Of a stretch of DNA of 64,000 nt, positions 50,421 to 63,378 are shown piece by piece. The DNA lies in IMG/VR virus record IMGVR_UViG_3300033388_005412, positions 139,295 to 203,294 of that record; one strand, 5' to 3'. The stretch is from a virus (taxonomy: Duplodnaviria > Caudoviricetes). Numbering within the stretch: the first letter of the stretch is position 1; every line of letters starts with the position of its first letter. A program made the translations under genes and the position numbers. The notes beneath the pieces were generated by a model. It saw nothing but the letters and a program-made list of their open reading frames with translations, was not told the origin of the DNA and did no database searches.

Positions 50421-51167
50421 ATGAACAATTCGTGTATTTATGCCTTTTTTGACAATGGTGATAAACCATATTACATTGGAAAAACCAGTGATTTTATAGT
50501 TAGAAAGAAAAGACACGAACGACGAATCAAGAATGGTGTGTTTTTGCCAAAATATAATAAAGCTCGAAAACTGATTCGAAACGGATTTCCATTTAGGATG
50601 GAGATAATTCATGAAAATTTAACTGATGATGAAGCAATAAATTTGGAAACTTGTTATATTAAAGAGTATCAAAGAATGAAATATAAACTGTTCAATTTAA
50701 CAGAAGGCGGAGAAGGATCTTGTGGGTTAAGGCATAAACAATCATCAATAGAAAAAAATAGATTAAAACACCTTGGTAAAATTCCATGGAATAAAGGATT
50801 GACGAAAAAAGATCCACGAGTTAAAGCGAATTGTGATGGCCGAGATAAAACTATGCGACTTCGTGGCGGACAGAGTGGCAAAAATAATCCTATGTATGGA
50901 AGAAAAGGAAAATCAAATCCTTTGTATGGTGTTCCTAAATCAAAAGAACACTGTGCTAAAATTTCTGCTGCTAAAATGGGTTTAAAAAATCCACAATCTA
51001 AAAAATGTTTAATAATAACACCGAGAGGCAAAAGATTTACAACGTGTGTAAATGAATTTTTTAAGAAAAATTGCAAAAAATACAAAATATCAAAAAGTTT
51101 ACTTCGTGGTATAGCAAATGGTATTGTCAAAAACAATCAGAAATGGGTTTGTCGATATATTACTTGA
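50421..51167 (+). mobile_element. free-standing GIY-YIG homing endonuclease with NUMOD3-like repeats
   Basis: CIYAF..YYIGKT, E...I..Y..FNLTEGGEG, IPWNKG, NNPMYGRK, H.AKISAAK. Confidence 0.85.
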
Positions 51168-51212
51168 AATCATCTAGTTTTTAAGTAAAATAAAAATCAA
51201 TTAGGAGGCAAA

Positions 51213-52421
51213 ATGATAATTAAATCTTTGTTAGACCAAGACACATATAAGCTAACCATGGCTCAATTTGTACTTCATCAGTTTTCCGGGGCTGAGGTTG
51301 AATATCAGTTCAAGTGTAGGACACCTGGTATTAACCTGGCAAAATATCGTGATGAAATTAATGACGAAATTGATTCACTATGCTGTTTAAGATTCAAAGA
51401 AAATGAACTGGAATATTTAAGTAAAATTAAATATTTTAAACCTGATTTTATTGAATTTTTAAGGTTGTTTAAATTAAATAGAAAGTTTGTAACTGTTAAA
51501 CGAAATAGAAATGAATTGAAAATAACAATTAAAGGCCCGTGGCTTTACACCATATTATTTGAAGTTCCAATTCTTGCTATTGTCCATGAGGTTTATTCTT
51601 TGAAAAGACATACAGGTGAATTTGATTATTGCCAATATATATCGCCGAAACAGCAAGAAAAAGGGCTTAAAATTCTAGAAGACAAAATTAGAAATATTAA
51701 TTTATTCAATAATTACGAAGGATTTCCGAAGTTTAAATTTGCTGATTTTGGAACAAGACGAAGGTTTACGCATGAATGGCATGATATGGTTATTAAAACA
51801 TTAAAACATAGTTCTTCATTTATCAGCACAAGCAATATGTATTTTGCTATGGAATATAATATAAAACCAATGGGGACAATGGCGCATGAAGTATTTCAGG
51901 CTGCCCAGGGGTTAGGGCCCCGGATAGCGCATAGTCAGGCATTTATATTGCAGAAATGGGCTGATGAATACCGGGGGGATCTTGGCATAGCTTTGACTGA
52001 TACATTAGGAATTAATAAATTCCTGCGTGACTTTGATATGTATTTCTCCAAATTGTTTGATGGTGTCCGTCATGATTCCGGCGACCCTATAACATGGGGT
52101 GAGAAGGTGATTAATCACTACGAATCTATGGGAATAGACCCTAAGACCAAAACAGCTGTTTTCAGTGACGGGCTTGATGTGACAAAGGCAATAAGAATTC
52201 TGAAACATTTCGGAGATAGAATTAAAATAGTATTCGGTATCGGAACAAACTTAACAAATGACCTTGGTTATAAAGCACTGCAGATAGTTATTAAAATGGT
52301 CAGTTGTAATGGTCATCCAGTTGCTAAGATCAGTGACGATCCAGGGAAAACGATGTGTAAAGATAAAAAGTATTTAAGATATTTACAGTATGTAATAGAT
52401 GAATCGAGGAGAGAACAATGA
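51213..52421 (+). CDS. pncB: nicotinate phosphoribosyltransferase
   Basis: SLLDQDTYKLTM, FADFGTRRR, GTMAHE, LTDT, GVRHDSGDP, FGIGTNLTND, VAKISDDPGK. Confidence 0.93.
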   Translation: MIIKSLLDQDTYKLTMAQFVLHQFSGAEVEYQFKCRTPGINLAKYRDEINDEIDSLCCLRFKENELEYLSKIKYFKPDFIEFLRLFKLNRKFVTVKRNRNELKITIKGPWLYTILFEVPILAIVHEVYSLKRHTGEFDYCQYISPKQQEKGLKILEDKIRNINLFNNYEGFPKFKFADFGTRRRFTHEWHDMVIKTLKHSSSFISTSNMYFAMEYNIKPMGTMAHEVFQAAQGLGPRIAHSQAFILQKWADEYRGDLGIALTDTLGINKFLRDFDMYFSKLFDGVRHDSGDPITWGEKVINHYESMGIDPKTKTAVFSDGLDVTKAIRILKHFGDRIKIVFGIGTNLTNDLGYKALQIVIKMVSCNGHPVAKISDDPGKTMCKDKKYLRYLQYVIDESRREQ

Positions 52422-55400
52422 TTGACGCGAGTTATTGGACAGCCAGATATTTTTCCAACATCCCATTTATAAAACATAAGGATATAGAAACTGATGAAGA
52501 AATACAACGAAAAGCAAGAACGATGAGAATTCGAAATTATAGGAGAACAATTTTATGTCCTATGTGTTTACGGATGTTAGATTTTGGGGGATTGCCTTAT
52601 AAAGAATATGAATGTAAATGTGGTGAATTTTCTGTTCGAACAGGTCCGAAGGAGTATAAAATATGAAATGTCCAAAGTGCGGCGCAACTATTGATGAATC
52701 AGACATAATGATAAATCTTGATGTTCCTGATAATAAAGATACAATGGAGATATCAATCGAGTGCGGAGAATGTGGTGTCACATCATTTGTTCAGATACAA
52801 CAAGATAGTTTTATTGTGGATGATTAGGAGAAAATATGAATATTGATATATCTTATGCTGAAATGGCTTTTTTAAGAGATGTGGTTAGTGAAAAAAGGAT
52901 GGAAATATGGAAGACGGTTTGGCTTCCCGGTTTAAAAAATAAATCAAAAGAAGATGTTGATGCTGTATATAAAAAAGTAATGACTAATCCGGCTTGTTGG
53001 GCCGATTTTCCAGGACAGCAAATAACAAAAGGATTCCAGCCAGCACCTGTTACAAGTGATTTAGATTGCTGTAATTTTATACTGGAAAGGTTCAGAAGAA
53101 AAGAAAATGAAATACAGAAAACGATGAAAAAATAATGAGGAGGAATAATGTATTTTATAACTGTAATGACAAAACCTAAGAAGGGTTCGATGATTTCAGA
53201 CGAATCTAGATGCTGGGGTTTTTATCCGAATTTAAGTCAAGCGAAAAATGCTGTTGAAAATAACATAACTGATTTATGGGAGACAATATATGATTATGCT
53301 GTGATTGAAATAATACGCCCGGGGATTGCATATCCGGCTGAAATTGTCCAATGGTATAAATATAGAATAGGATCGAAGAAATACGAGCCTGTCAACGAAC
53401 CCAAGTGGGCAAAGAACATATGTAATTTTGCGATTGGATAAGGAGGGTGAGTGTCAAGAGATTTATACAACGTGACATGCGAAAGATTATGGGAAAAACT
53501 GGAATATCATAGAGATAAATTAAATACTGAATGTGTTAAATATCCATGTGCGTTTCCGGCGGATGAATTTTCAGATGGCAATAAATTATTTAACATATTA
53601 TTGGATGAAGTTGAGAAGGAATACGATTATGCCATGAGTTCATATCAGTGTGGATGGTCTGTTACTCAGTTTATTTCCGGTGGATTAAAAGAGATGAAAA
53701 AATATAATAAGAAAAACGGTACTAAATTAAAACCGAGAAAATAAGGAGGAGAGATGTACATGATAGCCAGGCCGATAAACGGTATTTCACTTAATGGTAA
53801 TGAGTTTTTACTTGATAAAAACGGCAATGAAATGACATTCAAAAATAAGGAAGAAGCGGTGGTAACATTAAAAGTTCTGGGTTTTAAATCCGAAGAAGAC
53901 GCCTTGGATAATTATGGTATATCCATATGGGAGGAAACAGGTGAAAGTAGTGAATGATGGATTAAAGTTTTGGGAATATTATGGACTGAAAGAACCTAAA
54001 CCCGTTAAACTATTTTCCTGGCATTGTAAAAAGAAATTTCAGAAATGTTCCGAATGCGGAGATGGTGTTTCTACCATATATAGTGATAATGGTGGAGTTC
54101 TTGAGATATGTGATAATTGTGGACACAAGAGGATTATTCCGAAATAAGGGAGGAAACGGATGAAAATAAAATATAAAGAAAATAGTTTGTTTAAACACCC
54201 GGAAACACCAAAAGAAGCGAAAGAGCTTATGAAGCAGATGACTCATTTTAATGAAATAAAAGATTGTGACGGTGTTTTTTTAACAGCCATGCAGCTGATA
54301 CCAGATATGGTCGAGGATAATAATTATGAAAAAACATAAATGCAGTTGGGCCACAGTGGACTGGGAGTTCCATAAGGGGGTACCATATTATCATATTGGT
54401 GGTTTAGGTGAAACATTGGAGAGAAATGGTAAATGTCGTGAATGCGGTAAGAACTTTAGAGAGATTTATCTTCAGTCCTGCACTATGGACGATGATACGG
54501 ACGAGGTAATCTCATTATGAAAAGAAAAGAGTTGTATTTAAATGAAAATGTTGTCAAGCTTCTTAAGAGCCTTGGTGATAAATCAGCCAGCTGGATGCAG
54601 AATGACCGGATTATGTTCGATGATAAGCTAGTGGATGTTTACCGTAACATTATGAAAGAAATTGCGCCGAGAAAGTGGCAACCGTCTATAATTAAGAACG
54701 TTGATGAAGAAACAAACTTTACTCTTGATAGAGTTATGTCGTTTTTCAGTTATGGTGAATATGATTATGATGCTGGAAATGTGTATTTGACTATTGAACA
54801 TTAGGAAGGAGAAAGAATGAAAACAGTTGATATTCAAGCAAGTGGGTATGAGTGGTGGTGTCCCGATTGTGAAACATATAATAAAGAAATAGAGGTCACA
54901 GAAATTGTCAAATGCCGATCTTGTAAAAAAGAGTTTCGGACAAACCCGGCGGAACATGCTTATGGATAATGTATTACGGAGGACAAATGAAATATAAAAT
55001 AAAATTATTCAGTCATGTGAAAACATATTCGGTTGAAGATGAAAACGGTAAAGAATATAGCGCAGTTGAACTACATAATACTAATCCGGGCAATACAGTA
55101 TATGAAGTCACTGATATGGAAACAAGTGAATTATCAAAAAAAGCTGGTGAAATTATCAGTGAAATTATTAGAATGAATTCTATTTCAACCAGAGATGAAG
55201 TTCGCGGGGTTGCTTACGACTTGGATATGTTCAGTCATAGCATGGAATATAATTCTACGATTGAATATCTTGAAAATAAAGAAGATAACGATGATGGACG
55301 TAACTGGCCATTAATAGATTTGTACAGTTATTATCTGGATCATAAAGAAGAAATAAATAATATGTGAGGAGAACAAAATGAAAACATTTTTATGTGTTGA

Positions 55401-55495
55401 AGATGGTGAAAAGTTTACTATGGACGCCGAAAACCTGAGAGAGGCTAAAGAATTCGCCGATATGTGGAACGCTGAGGTAATAAAGGAGGTTAAAC

Positions 55496-56119
55496 ATGAA
55501 AGTGGTAAAAAGAACAACATACAGCGTAGATGATTTTGAATTAAATTTTGAACCTATCGAGGACACAATTGATATTAAAAAAACAAAAGATGGATATACA
55601 GTAAAATATCTTGTGTATGATACAGAATGTTTTAATCCGCGGGAAGACTGTGATAATTTTACTAAGATGGTGTGTTTTCATGGCAAATATAACCTTGGTG
55701 ATAAACATGATTATAAACAGTCTGATTATGAGTCGTGGGATGAATTAAAATCGGCGATAAAGAAAGACGGCGGAATATTTATAGCGCCATTGTATTTGTA
55801 TGATCATAGCGGCATAACTATAAAAATTGGCGACTTTTATGGATGCGGCCTGCCTCAAGGTCACGCACATTTTGATTCCGGACAAGTCGGATTCATTTAT
55901 ACGACGAAAGATAAATTAAAAGAATTCGGCATAACAAAAAGCAGAGCAAAGAAAGCAATAGAAGGTGATGTTGAGACATATGATATGTATCTAAGAGGCG
56001 AATCATACATGATTGCCGCTGATTATTTTAATAAGGATAAAACATTGATTGACGGTGAGAATTGCAGTGGATACCTTGGATATGAATATGCATTAAAAGC
56101 GCTTGAATCGGATATATAG
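55496..56119 (+). CDS. conserved phage hypothetical protein
   Basis: PLYLYDHSGITI, FDSGQVGFIY, VETYDMYLRGE motifs; AGGAGG SD. Confidence 0.7.
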   Translation: MKVVKRTTYSVDDFELNFEPIEDTIDIKKTKDGYTVKYLVYDTECFNPREDCDNFTKMVCFHGKYNLGDKHDYKQSDYESWDELKSAIKKDGGIFIAPLYLYDHSGITIKIGDFYGCGLPQGHAHFDSGQVGFIYTTKDKLKEFGITKSRAKKAIEGDVETYDMYLRGESYMIAADYFNKDKTLIDGENCSGYLGYEYALKALESDI

Positions 56120-56705
56120 GGGGGTTTATGGCAGAATGGAAAATCATCGAAGCTAAATGCCACAAAGGCGGCAAGGCTTTGGCTAACCTTTTGCATTTAA
56201 AGAAAAATAAAAATGGAAGATATGATACATCGTGGGGTGACAAAACAGAATTGGGTTTGTATCTCACGATTAAACGAGTTGTTGAAGAAAATATGTAGGA
56301 GGATAGATGATTCAAAAAATAACTAATGGATATGTTATTCAGAACTTCGACGAAAAAAGTGGAAAATGCGTTGAACAACATTTTATAGCAGGTGACAGTT
56401 GCGAATGGGAGGATAGTGAAAATAGTCCTGGAACACATATTGATGAACCTGTAAATATTGAATATTTTCCATATAATATGATCCAACCGATACCGAATGC
56501 CAAATTAAACGAGAAATAAAAATGAAATACAGAGCTATTAGATGTGAAAAATGTGGTAATGTTGAGCCTATGAGTTTAGATGCTAAAACTCATTGCAAAT
56601 GTGGTGGCGAAAATTTTTACGGATGGCAAGTTATTGAAAGAGAATATTCTTGTTTTAAAGTTACAAAATCTGTGAAAGAATTATTTAGTAACAAATTAAT
56701 ATAAT

Positions 56706-56758
56706 AATACAACATATAAGTTGTAAGAGTGGGAAGAATACAACATATATGTTGTAAG
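56706..56758. repeat. two tandem 22-bp palindromic repeats
   Basis: AATACAACATATA(A/T)GTTGTAAG at 56706 and 56737. Confidence 0.75.
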
Positions 56759-57347
56759 GATGGAACATGGAAGACAAATATACGATAGGAAATTGTCCCC
56801 ATTGTGGGAAATATTTACCATTGAAAAATGGTGTTTGTAAAGATTGCCAGAATAAAAAAATCGATATGCCGGATTTTATGAAAGAAGCATTTGGAGAATT
56901 TGATAATGGAGATAAGCATGAAACTAAGTGAGAAAATTGACGAAATGTTAAGAGAAGAAATTGATGATGATACTATGTGTGATGCGTTAAGTGAGATTAA
57001 TCAAAATGTTCCAGCTGCTTTTTCGGATGGTTATAGATTTGGTTTAAACGGTATTAAAAATATACTAGAAGTATGTGGTGTTGATATTGAACTTGATAAA
57101 TAGGGGATTAAAATGTTAATTTTTAAAGAAGAAAGTATAATAATTTTAGACAAAAACGATTTAAGGAAAGGTGTTAAGAACAAAACACTTTCGGATATTT
57201 GTATTGGCGATTTTAATGTTAGCACTGATATTTTTCACAAATACTTTGCAGTAATTTATATTAACGGTGATTCGAAAATATTGAAAAGTAAGCATGGATT
57301 TTTCCGGGTCGGCGAATTAAACAGAATCTAAAAAATTAGGAAAAAAA

Positions 57348-57623
57348 ATGAAAGATTTATGTTTAAAAAACTCAAAACAATTATTTGAAAAAGTATTGAA
57401 AGAAAATGAATACCAGTTGAAAAAATGGGGAATCCAGGACAGAACGTCTTTTGAGTGGATGGTGTATTTAACAGAAGAAGTTGGCGAACTGGCAAAGGAA
57501 ATAAGTGAAAAACACTATAGAAACGGCACGTCGGTCCTCGTTGTTGAGGAAGCCATACAAGTCGCGGCACTTGCATTAAAAATAGCTGAAATGTATCTGG
57601 AGGATAGTCATGGATATAAATGA
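57348..57623 (+). CDS. MazG-like NTP pyrophosphohydrolase
   Basis: W...L.EEVGELAKE...EEAIQVAA. Confidence 0.75.
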   Translation: MKDLCLKNSKQLFEKVLKENEYQLKKWGIQDRTSFEWMVYLTEEVGELAKEISEKHYRNGTSVLVVEEAIQVAALALKIAEMYLEDSHGYK

Positions 57624-58426
57624 ATTAAGAAAAGAATACGCCGAACAGGATAACCGATTTACGGCGTACCCTACTTATGTTACTGTCCAGGAACTCGTGT
57701 GCATAGGTGTTATGGCCGATGGTTATTCGGTGAATTGTCCTTATGGCGATGGTTTCATGAAAACAAAATACAAACATCCTGAGTTGGAAGGTGTTTATGA
57801 CACTAAAAGAGAAATAATAGAAGAAATTCAAGACTATTATTATCCAGATGAAGATATTGCAGAATCAATGATTGAAGATATTGAGGAAATATATGTTGGT
57901 TATATTTGGCATCCTGTTGAATTCTTTTTGACAATAAAAGGGGCCAAAGAATATATAAAAGCCAATAAACATAATCATGGAAGACTAAGAACATATGTAA
58001 GTCATTTTGAAAGAAGGAATTTTGAAATGAGAGGATTGTTGAAAGAGATGGGATTCAAGGTGGATGATCGTGAATAATCAGGAAATATTAAAAGAAGCAA
58101 TAGAAAAGGCCACAAAGGGTGGATATTATTCCAAATTCAGTGAGAGATATGTTTTATCAGAGTGTATGATGTATCACCGATATTATGCTATTATATTTGA
58201 CCATAATTTTGCCAAAACTTTTTGGGGTAACGAAAGAATAGAATGTGCAAAATGTGGGTCTAGAAAATTAGTCGTTGTTTTTGGTGGCAGCAATCCACTT
58301 TGTTGTAAAAAATGTGGTGAGTATATGCAAGGAAAGAAATATAAGGGATGGAAATATCATCTTCAAACTATGGTATTAAAAAAAGAACCATTGAAATATA
58401 TAGAAAAATTTATAAAGGGGGACTAA
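57610..58426 (+). other. two hypothetical genes (57610-58077, 58064-58426)
   Basis: GGAGG SD, overlaps. Confidence 0.6.
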
Positions 58427-58950
58427 TGCAGCGATATAAAAGATTAGCAACACGGCCGGTTGATGACATAATTAAACATATTTATGTCGATTCACCCAAA
58501 ATAGATATTGATGGACATATGGTTAAAACATCGACGAATAGACTGCTAACTTATATGTCCGGAACAACATGTGTCAGATGCGGCATGAAAGGGGAGTTTT
58601 TCGCCGTAGAAGAAAATGGCTCAGGACCCCATTTAAACTTATATGGATATAAAAATGGTAAAGAAATTTTAATAACTTCAGATCATATAGTTCCGAAAGC
58701 GAATGGTGGGGCTGATACATTTAACAACAGACAATGTATGTGTGTTATATGCAACATGGAAAAGGATTGTGAAATGCCTGCGTCTGGAGGTATATGTAAC
58801 ACAAGGAAGGCCGCTATGCTATGGAAAAACAGAACGATCAGGCAGTTGGAATCTGAAATACATAATCTTGAAGTTAAGTTAGAGGCTGTTAATAGAAGAT
58901 CTTTGAAGAAAATTGAGAATGAGTTGAAATCAAAATGGGGGATGATATGA
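58426..58950 (+). CDS. HNH endonuclease-domain protein
   Basis: CVRCG, TSDHIVPKANGG..TFNNRQCMCVICN. Confidence 0.85.
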   Translation: MQRYKRLATRPVDDIIKHIYVDSPKIDIDGHMVKTSTNRLLTYMSGTTCVRCGMKGEFFAVEENGSGPHLNLYGYKNGKEILITSDHIVPKANGGADTFNNRQCMCVICNMEKDCEMPASGGICNTRKAAMLWKNRTIRQLESEIHNLEVKLEAVNRRSLKKIENELKSKWGMI

Positions 58951-59275
58951 AATATTATACTTTTAATGTAGAAGTTGGAGTTCCCGGAGAAACGGAGGTT
59001 GAGGCTAGAAAGAAAATGGCTGAAGTATTATATGAAGGTGGAGATCCCATGGTATTTAATCCTGATGATCTTGAATTAATAAATATTGAAGATGATTAAT
59101 ATTACTGAATTGATGGCTAATTGTAAAGACGAAAATAGATATAATTTCAGAACCAAACTACATAATGATATAACTATGAAGGTAAATGATTTGTTACCAT
59201 ATAAGAATGTCGCAATTATATCTTTAATGAACTATATATCAAAATATTTTATATGGAAAAATGGAGGAATAAAAA

Positions 59276-62200
59276 ATGAAATGTGAATTATGCGGTAACG
59301 TGATATCATGTAAATATGATAAAAAATATAAAATATGCGTGGATTGTTTGAATAAATCTTTTGATATAACATCTATTTGCCGAGCAGACATAATTGGAGA
59401 AGGGATAAAAGGTGGAGAGCTTTTGGACGATAGTGATATGAAAAAATTAGCGAGCAAGATGGCGGACTCGTATTGCGATTCTACATTCTGGATTGACATG
59501 CCGATTATTGTTGAATATATTTTGGAGAGCAAAAAAGGATGGTTTATATGAAATATGCGAAAAAAGAAAAGGTTGAATGGCATGGTTATTTAATGACTGA
59601 GCGCCAGGGGTGCGAATTGGCTGATCTTTTAGTGGATAATATTTTGAAACGGTATAATAATGATGAATATCATGATCCTGAAATTATAAAAGAATTCGCT
59701 AAGAATAATAAATTGAAGAAAATATAAGTTATATCACTTATATTGAGTGGTATTATTTATAGTAAGGATAAATTATGAAAGAAAGAAGTTTAAATTATGA
59801 GAATCGGTATGGTGAATCACTATTAGTAAAATGTGCGAGAATATGGTTAAAAATGGAGTGGTTGAGAAATGAATCTTTTAAAATATTTAGGAGGAATTTA
59901 TGAAAGAATGTTGTAAATATTGGAGAGATAGTAGATTGATGATTAATAATACGAAACCACCACCCATTAATTTGCAAGGACCAGTTAAATATTGTCCTGT
60001 ATGTGGACAAAATATGGAAGAATTAGATAAAAAAACGTTCCGAGTTTTCACAACAGAACACTGGAGACATGATGTAACGGCAAAAAACTTTGATGAGGCG
60101 TATGATAAAGTCCATAACCAAAGTGAATGGGATAAGAAAACGTTGGAAGATTTAACAACTATTAAAATTATTGCAGGAGAATGAAAATGGATATACATAA
60201 AATAGTTAATATCTGTCCTCAGTGTGGTATCATGAAAGACGATGATATTCTGCATAATGCATTAGAAGAAGATTTTTGTATTAATTGCGGTTCCGAAATA
60301 ATACAATCATCGGTGTTTAATTATATAACTGATAGATTATATAAAATGGAGATAAAGACAAGAGATGTTTCACTGAATTTGGTTAATGAAACGGCGCATG
60401 AACTTGGAATAGAATTATCAAGTGAGAATGTTGTTAAAATATCAGATTCATATGAATCTATTGAAGATCAGGCTGGTTTAAAGAGGTTTGATCATGAACA
60501 TGATTTAGGAGGAACATATGAAACAAGTTAAAGATGTTATTGTAGCATGGAATAATAACGGAAATCCGCTTTTTGCGGTTATACCTATGAATATTTCATT
60601 AGAAGAAGCCGATGAGATTGCACATAAAGTAAAGAAGAAAATGAAGATTGATAATACCAGTGAAGAACTCTTTGGGATAAATTGGGTTGAATGAGGAGAT
60701 ATGATGAAAACTGTGATTTTAGATTATGGAACCGGTGAAGTTAAAATTGTTTCATCCAATGATATTAACATAAATGATATTGAAGAAACTCTGGGAAAAA
60801 GAGGGTTAATAAATAGTGATTGCAATTGGATGATTGTTGATGAATTGGAAATTGTCGAGATATAGGAGAAATTATGAAAAAATTAATGTTAAAAAAGGAA
60901 GAAGTAAAGCGATTAGTGAAGGGCACTATTAGAATGGCTATCAGAAACAGTCGTCTTTATAAACGGGCTGGGTATAAATTTATTTATGACAGCAAAAACA
61001 GTGATGGCCGTGGTAATATTACAGCTGATTCATTTATAAAGGATTATTTTAGAAATGCCGATAGTGTTAGAGCAAATCAAAAATGTGATCCTTATACAGT
61101 AGAAGAAAAGGAAACAGCTGGGAAAATGATGAAACATTATTGGATGTTTTATGTTGATAAATTGGCTATTGCTGAGAAAAAATATAAAGATAAATATGAA
61201 CCGATGATAAAAACCGCCCAGGAAATGGCATCAACTGTCCCATGGAGAGAAGATGCTTATTGCGGTAGCGCAATTGTTTATTTTCCACTTGATACAGACA
61301 TAGGGAAGACATTATGTTATCTTAAAGAACTGGAAACACCGAAACATTGGTCAAGTAAGATGTTTGCTGCGTCAGTAAACGTGCCGGCTGAAGGCCAGTC
61401 ACTTAACGCCTGTACCACAAGAGCTATTGCTATGGTTAACTTTTTTGAGAGCAAAGGAATTCCGGCTAAAATGTATAGTTACGCTGATTAATTGTAAATA
61501 AGGAGAATTAAAAATGAAAAAGAAAAAACGAAAGGAAAGATGGGTGGAGATTGGTGTGGCGGCGGTTGATTCAGGTCAGTTATTGGTGTGTGATCCCTGT
61601 TATATAGGTAGCGAATGGTCAGGTAATGAAGTTGAGTTTGAAAGCGCTTTAAAAGAAGTAAAAACAGGAAAAATATTTCATGGTCCTGGTTATAAACGGC
61701 CGGATTTCACAAATTATGAAGAAGAGTATAAAGAAGGGATGACTTTTAACCAGGCTATTGCTAAAGGATTATTAGCCGACATGCCTGAAAAAGAAACAGG
61801 TGATTTTTCTTATGATGGATGTTGCAAGGCGACTCATGATATAGCAACTGGCGGTCAATTAAATTTCAAATTGGGTCATGCTGGAGCCGGTGTTGCCTTT
61901 AGCACTGGATTAGGAGACGGAGTGTATCCGGTATTCGCGAAAATTGTGACATGTGATGATTGGGGTGAGAGAATCGTTGAAGTCAGAGTTGATATGATGG
62001 ATATATATTCTTTAGAAAATGGTGAATTAGTGGCAAATAAGGAGTGTTAAAAATGATGGGAATTTATGGTAGCAAAACTAAGAAAGAGTTGAAAACGAGG
62101 ATAGGTGAAACACCTAATTTCATTGAAACATCAATATTTGGAAACGAATATAAGGGCGATGGAACATACTGCGTTGTTGGACCGAGTCCTGATGTGCGGA

Positions 62201-62646
62201 AATGGTTTGCTGAAGTTACAATTAAAAATGGGAAGATTTTAAGAGTAACTTAAGGAGAAAATATGAATCAATTAGAAAAAGATTTAGCCGATCATAACTT
62301 ACCAAAAAATTTTGATAACTTTGACAAGGCTCCGGAAGAATTGGAAGCTGGACAACAAATAGGATGGTGGTTCAAAGATGATGAAGAATATCATAAAGAA
62401 TGTTATGGTGATGACAAAAGTTGGCCACTAAAAGATCATCCACCATTTCAGGGGGTTGTTATACCAGGAGAAGGTTTGGAGAACAGAGGGCATGATACTT
62501 ATGAATCTCAAGATATGGTTATTGTGCAGACGCTATATCCTTGTGAAAAATGTTATCCCGAAGTTGCATGGTTCGCATTAAAAAGATTAGTTGATAACAA
62601 AAATTTAGTTAAAATCATAAAAATAAAGGAAGCAAGAAGAAATTAG
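59276..62646 (+). other. hypothetical genes (59276-59551, 59539-59727, 59900-60184, 60181-60531, 60874-61491, 62044-62253, 62263-62646)
   Basis: SDs and overlaps. Confidence 0.6.
61514..62050 (+). CDS. DUF4241-like protein
   Basis: VDSGQLLVCDPCY and FSTGLGDGVYPV motifs. Confidence 0.55.
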   Translation: MKKKKRKERWVEIGVAAVDSGQLLVCDPCYIGSEWSGNEVEFESALKEVKTGKIFHGPGYKRPDFTNYEEEYKEGMTFNQAIAKGLLADMPEKETGDFSYDGCCKATHDIATGGQLNFKLGHAGAGVAFSTGLGDGVYPVFAKIVTCDDWGERIVEVRVDMMDIYSLENGELVANKEC

Positions 62647-62691
62647 AATTCCGAACAATGAAGGAATAAATTCCCAAGAAAAGGAGATAGA

Positions 62692-63378
62692 GTGAGTGAA
62701 CATCTTGATATTGGAAATAGAATGAAGGCATATGAACGTACGGCGGAATTTTTACTGCCACGAAGAATTCCCGTTTTGCTGCGCCTGGATGGAAAATCAT
62801 TCCACACATTTACACGAAAGTTTTTTGGAAAAAACTGGAATATGCATTTTATAGAACAAATGATTGAAACGGCAAAAGCAATCATGTCTGAGATTCAGGG
62901 GTGTAATTTTTGTTATTCACAATCAGATGAGATAAGTTTTTTACTTACTGATTATAAAACAATTAGAACGGACCCGTGGTTTGATTACGATATTCGAAAA
63001 CTTATATCTATCTCGGCAGGTATGGCAAGCGCGGTATTTACTAAACAGTTTAATGAGATTGCGTGTTTTGATTCTCGGTGTTTTTCCATACCACAGGATG
63101 ATGTGTGTAATTATTTTATATGGAGACAGCTTGACGCCACCCGGAACGCCATTCAGATGGCCGGGCGGGAGTATTTTTCACATAAATCACTGCATAAAGT
63201 AAATTGTGATCAAATCCAGGAAAAATTGTTCCAGGAGAAAAACGTAAATTTCAATGATTATCCAATAATAAGGAAGAGAGGATTCTGTATTGTAAATGGT
63301 GAACTGGATGATCAAATTCCTATATTTTCAAAGGATAGAAATTTTGTAGAAAAACATGTATATGTAAGGGAGGATTAA
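62692..63378 (+). CDS. thg1: tRNA(His) guanylyltransferase Thg1-like protein
   Basis: RLDGKSFH, YSQSDEISF, FDSR, YFIWRQ.DA.RN. Confidence 0.92.
   Translation: MSEHLDIGNRMKAYERTAEFLLPRRIPVLLRLDGKSFHTFTRKFFGKNWNMHFIEQMIETAKAIMSEIQGCNFCYSQSDEISFLLTDYKTIRTDPWFDYDIRKLISISAGMASAVFTKQFNEIACFDSRCFSIPQDDVCNYFIWRQLDATRNAIQMAGREYFSHKSLHKVNCDQIQEKLFQEKNVNFNDYPIIRKRGFCIVNGELDDQIPIFSKDRNFVEKHVYVRED

Larger units (their letters stand above)
52418..57331 (+). other. run of small hypothetical genes
   Basis: e.g. 52418-52666, 52836-53135, 53148-53441, 53451-53744, 53754-53957, 54326-54520, 54517-54804, 54969-55367, 56307-56519, 56522-56704, 56891-57103, 57113-57331. Confidence 0.55.

Noticed and set aside
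50421-51167. Group I intron around the GIY-YIG ORF
   Set aside because: pncA and pncB both appear intact, and the flanking non-coding space (1 nt and about 45 nt) is too small for an intron core
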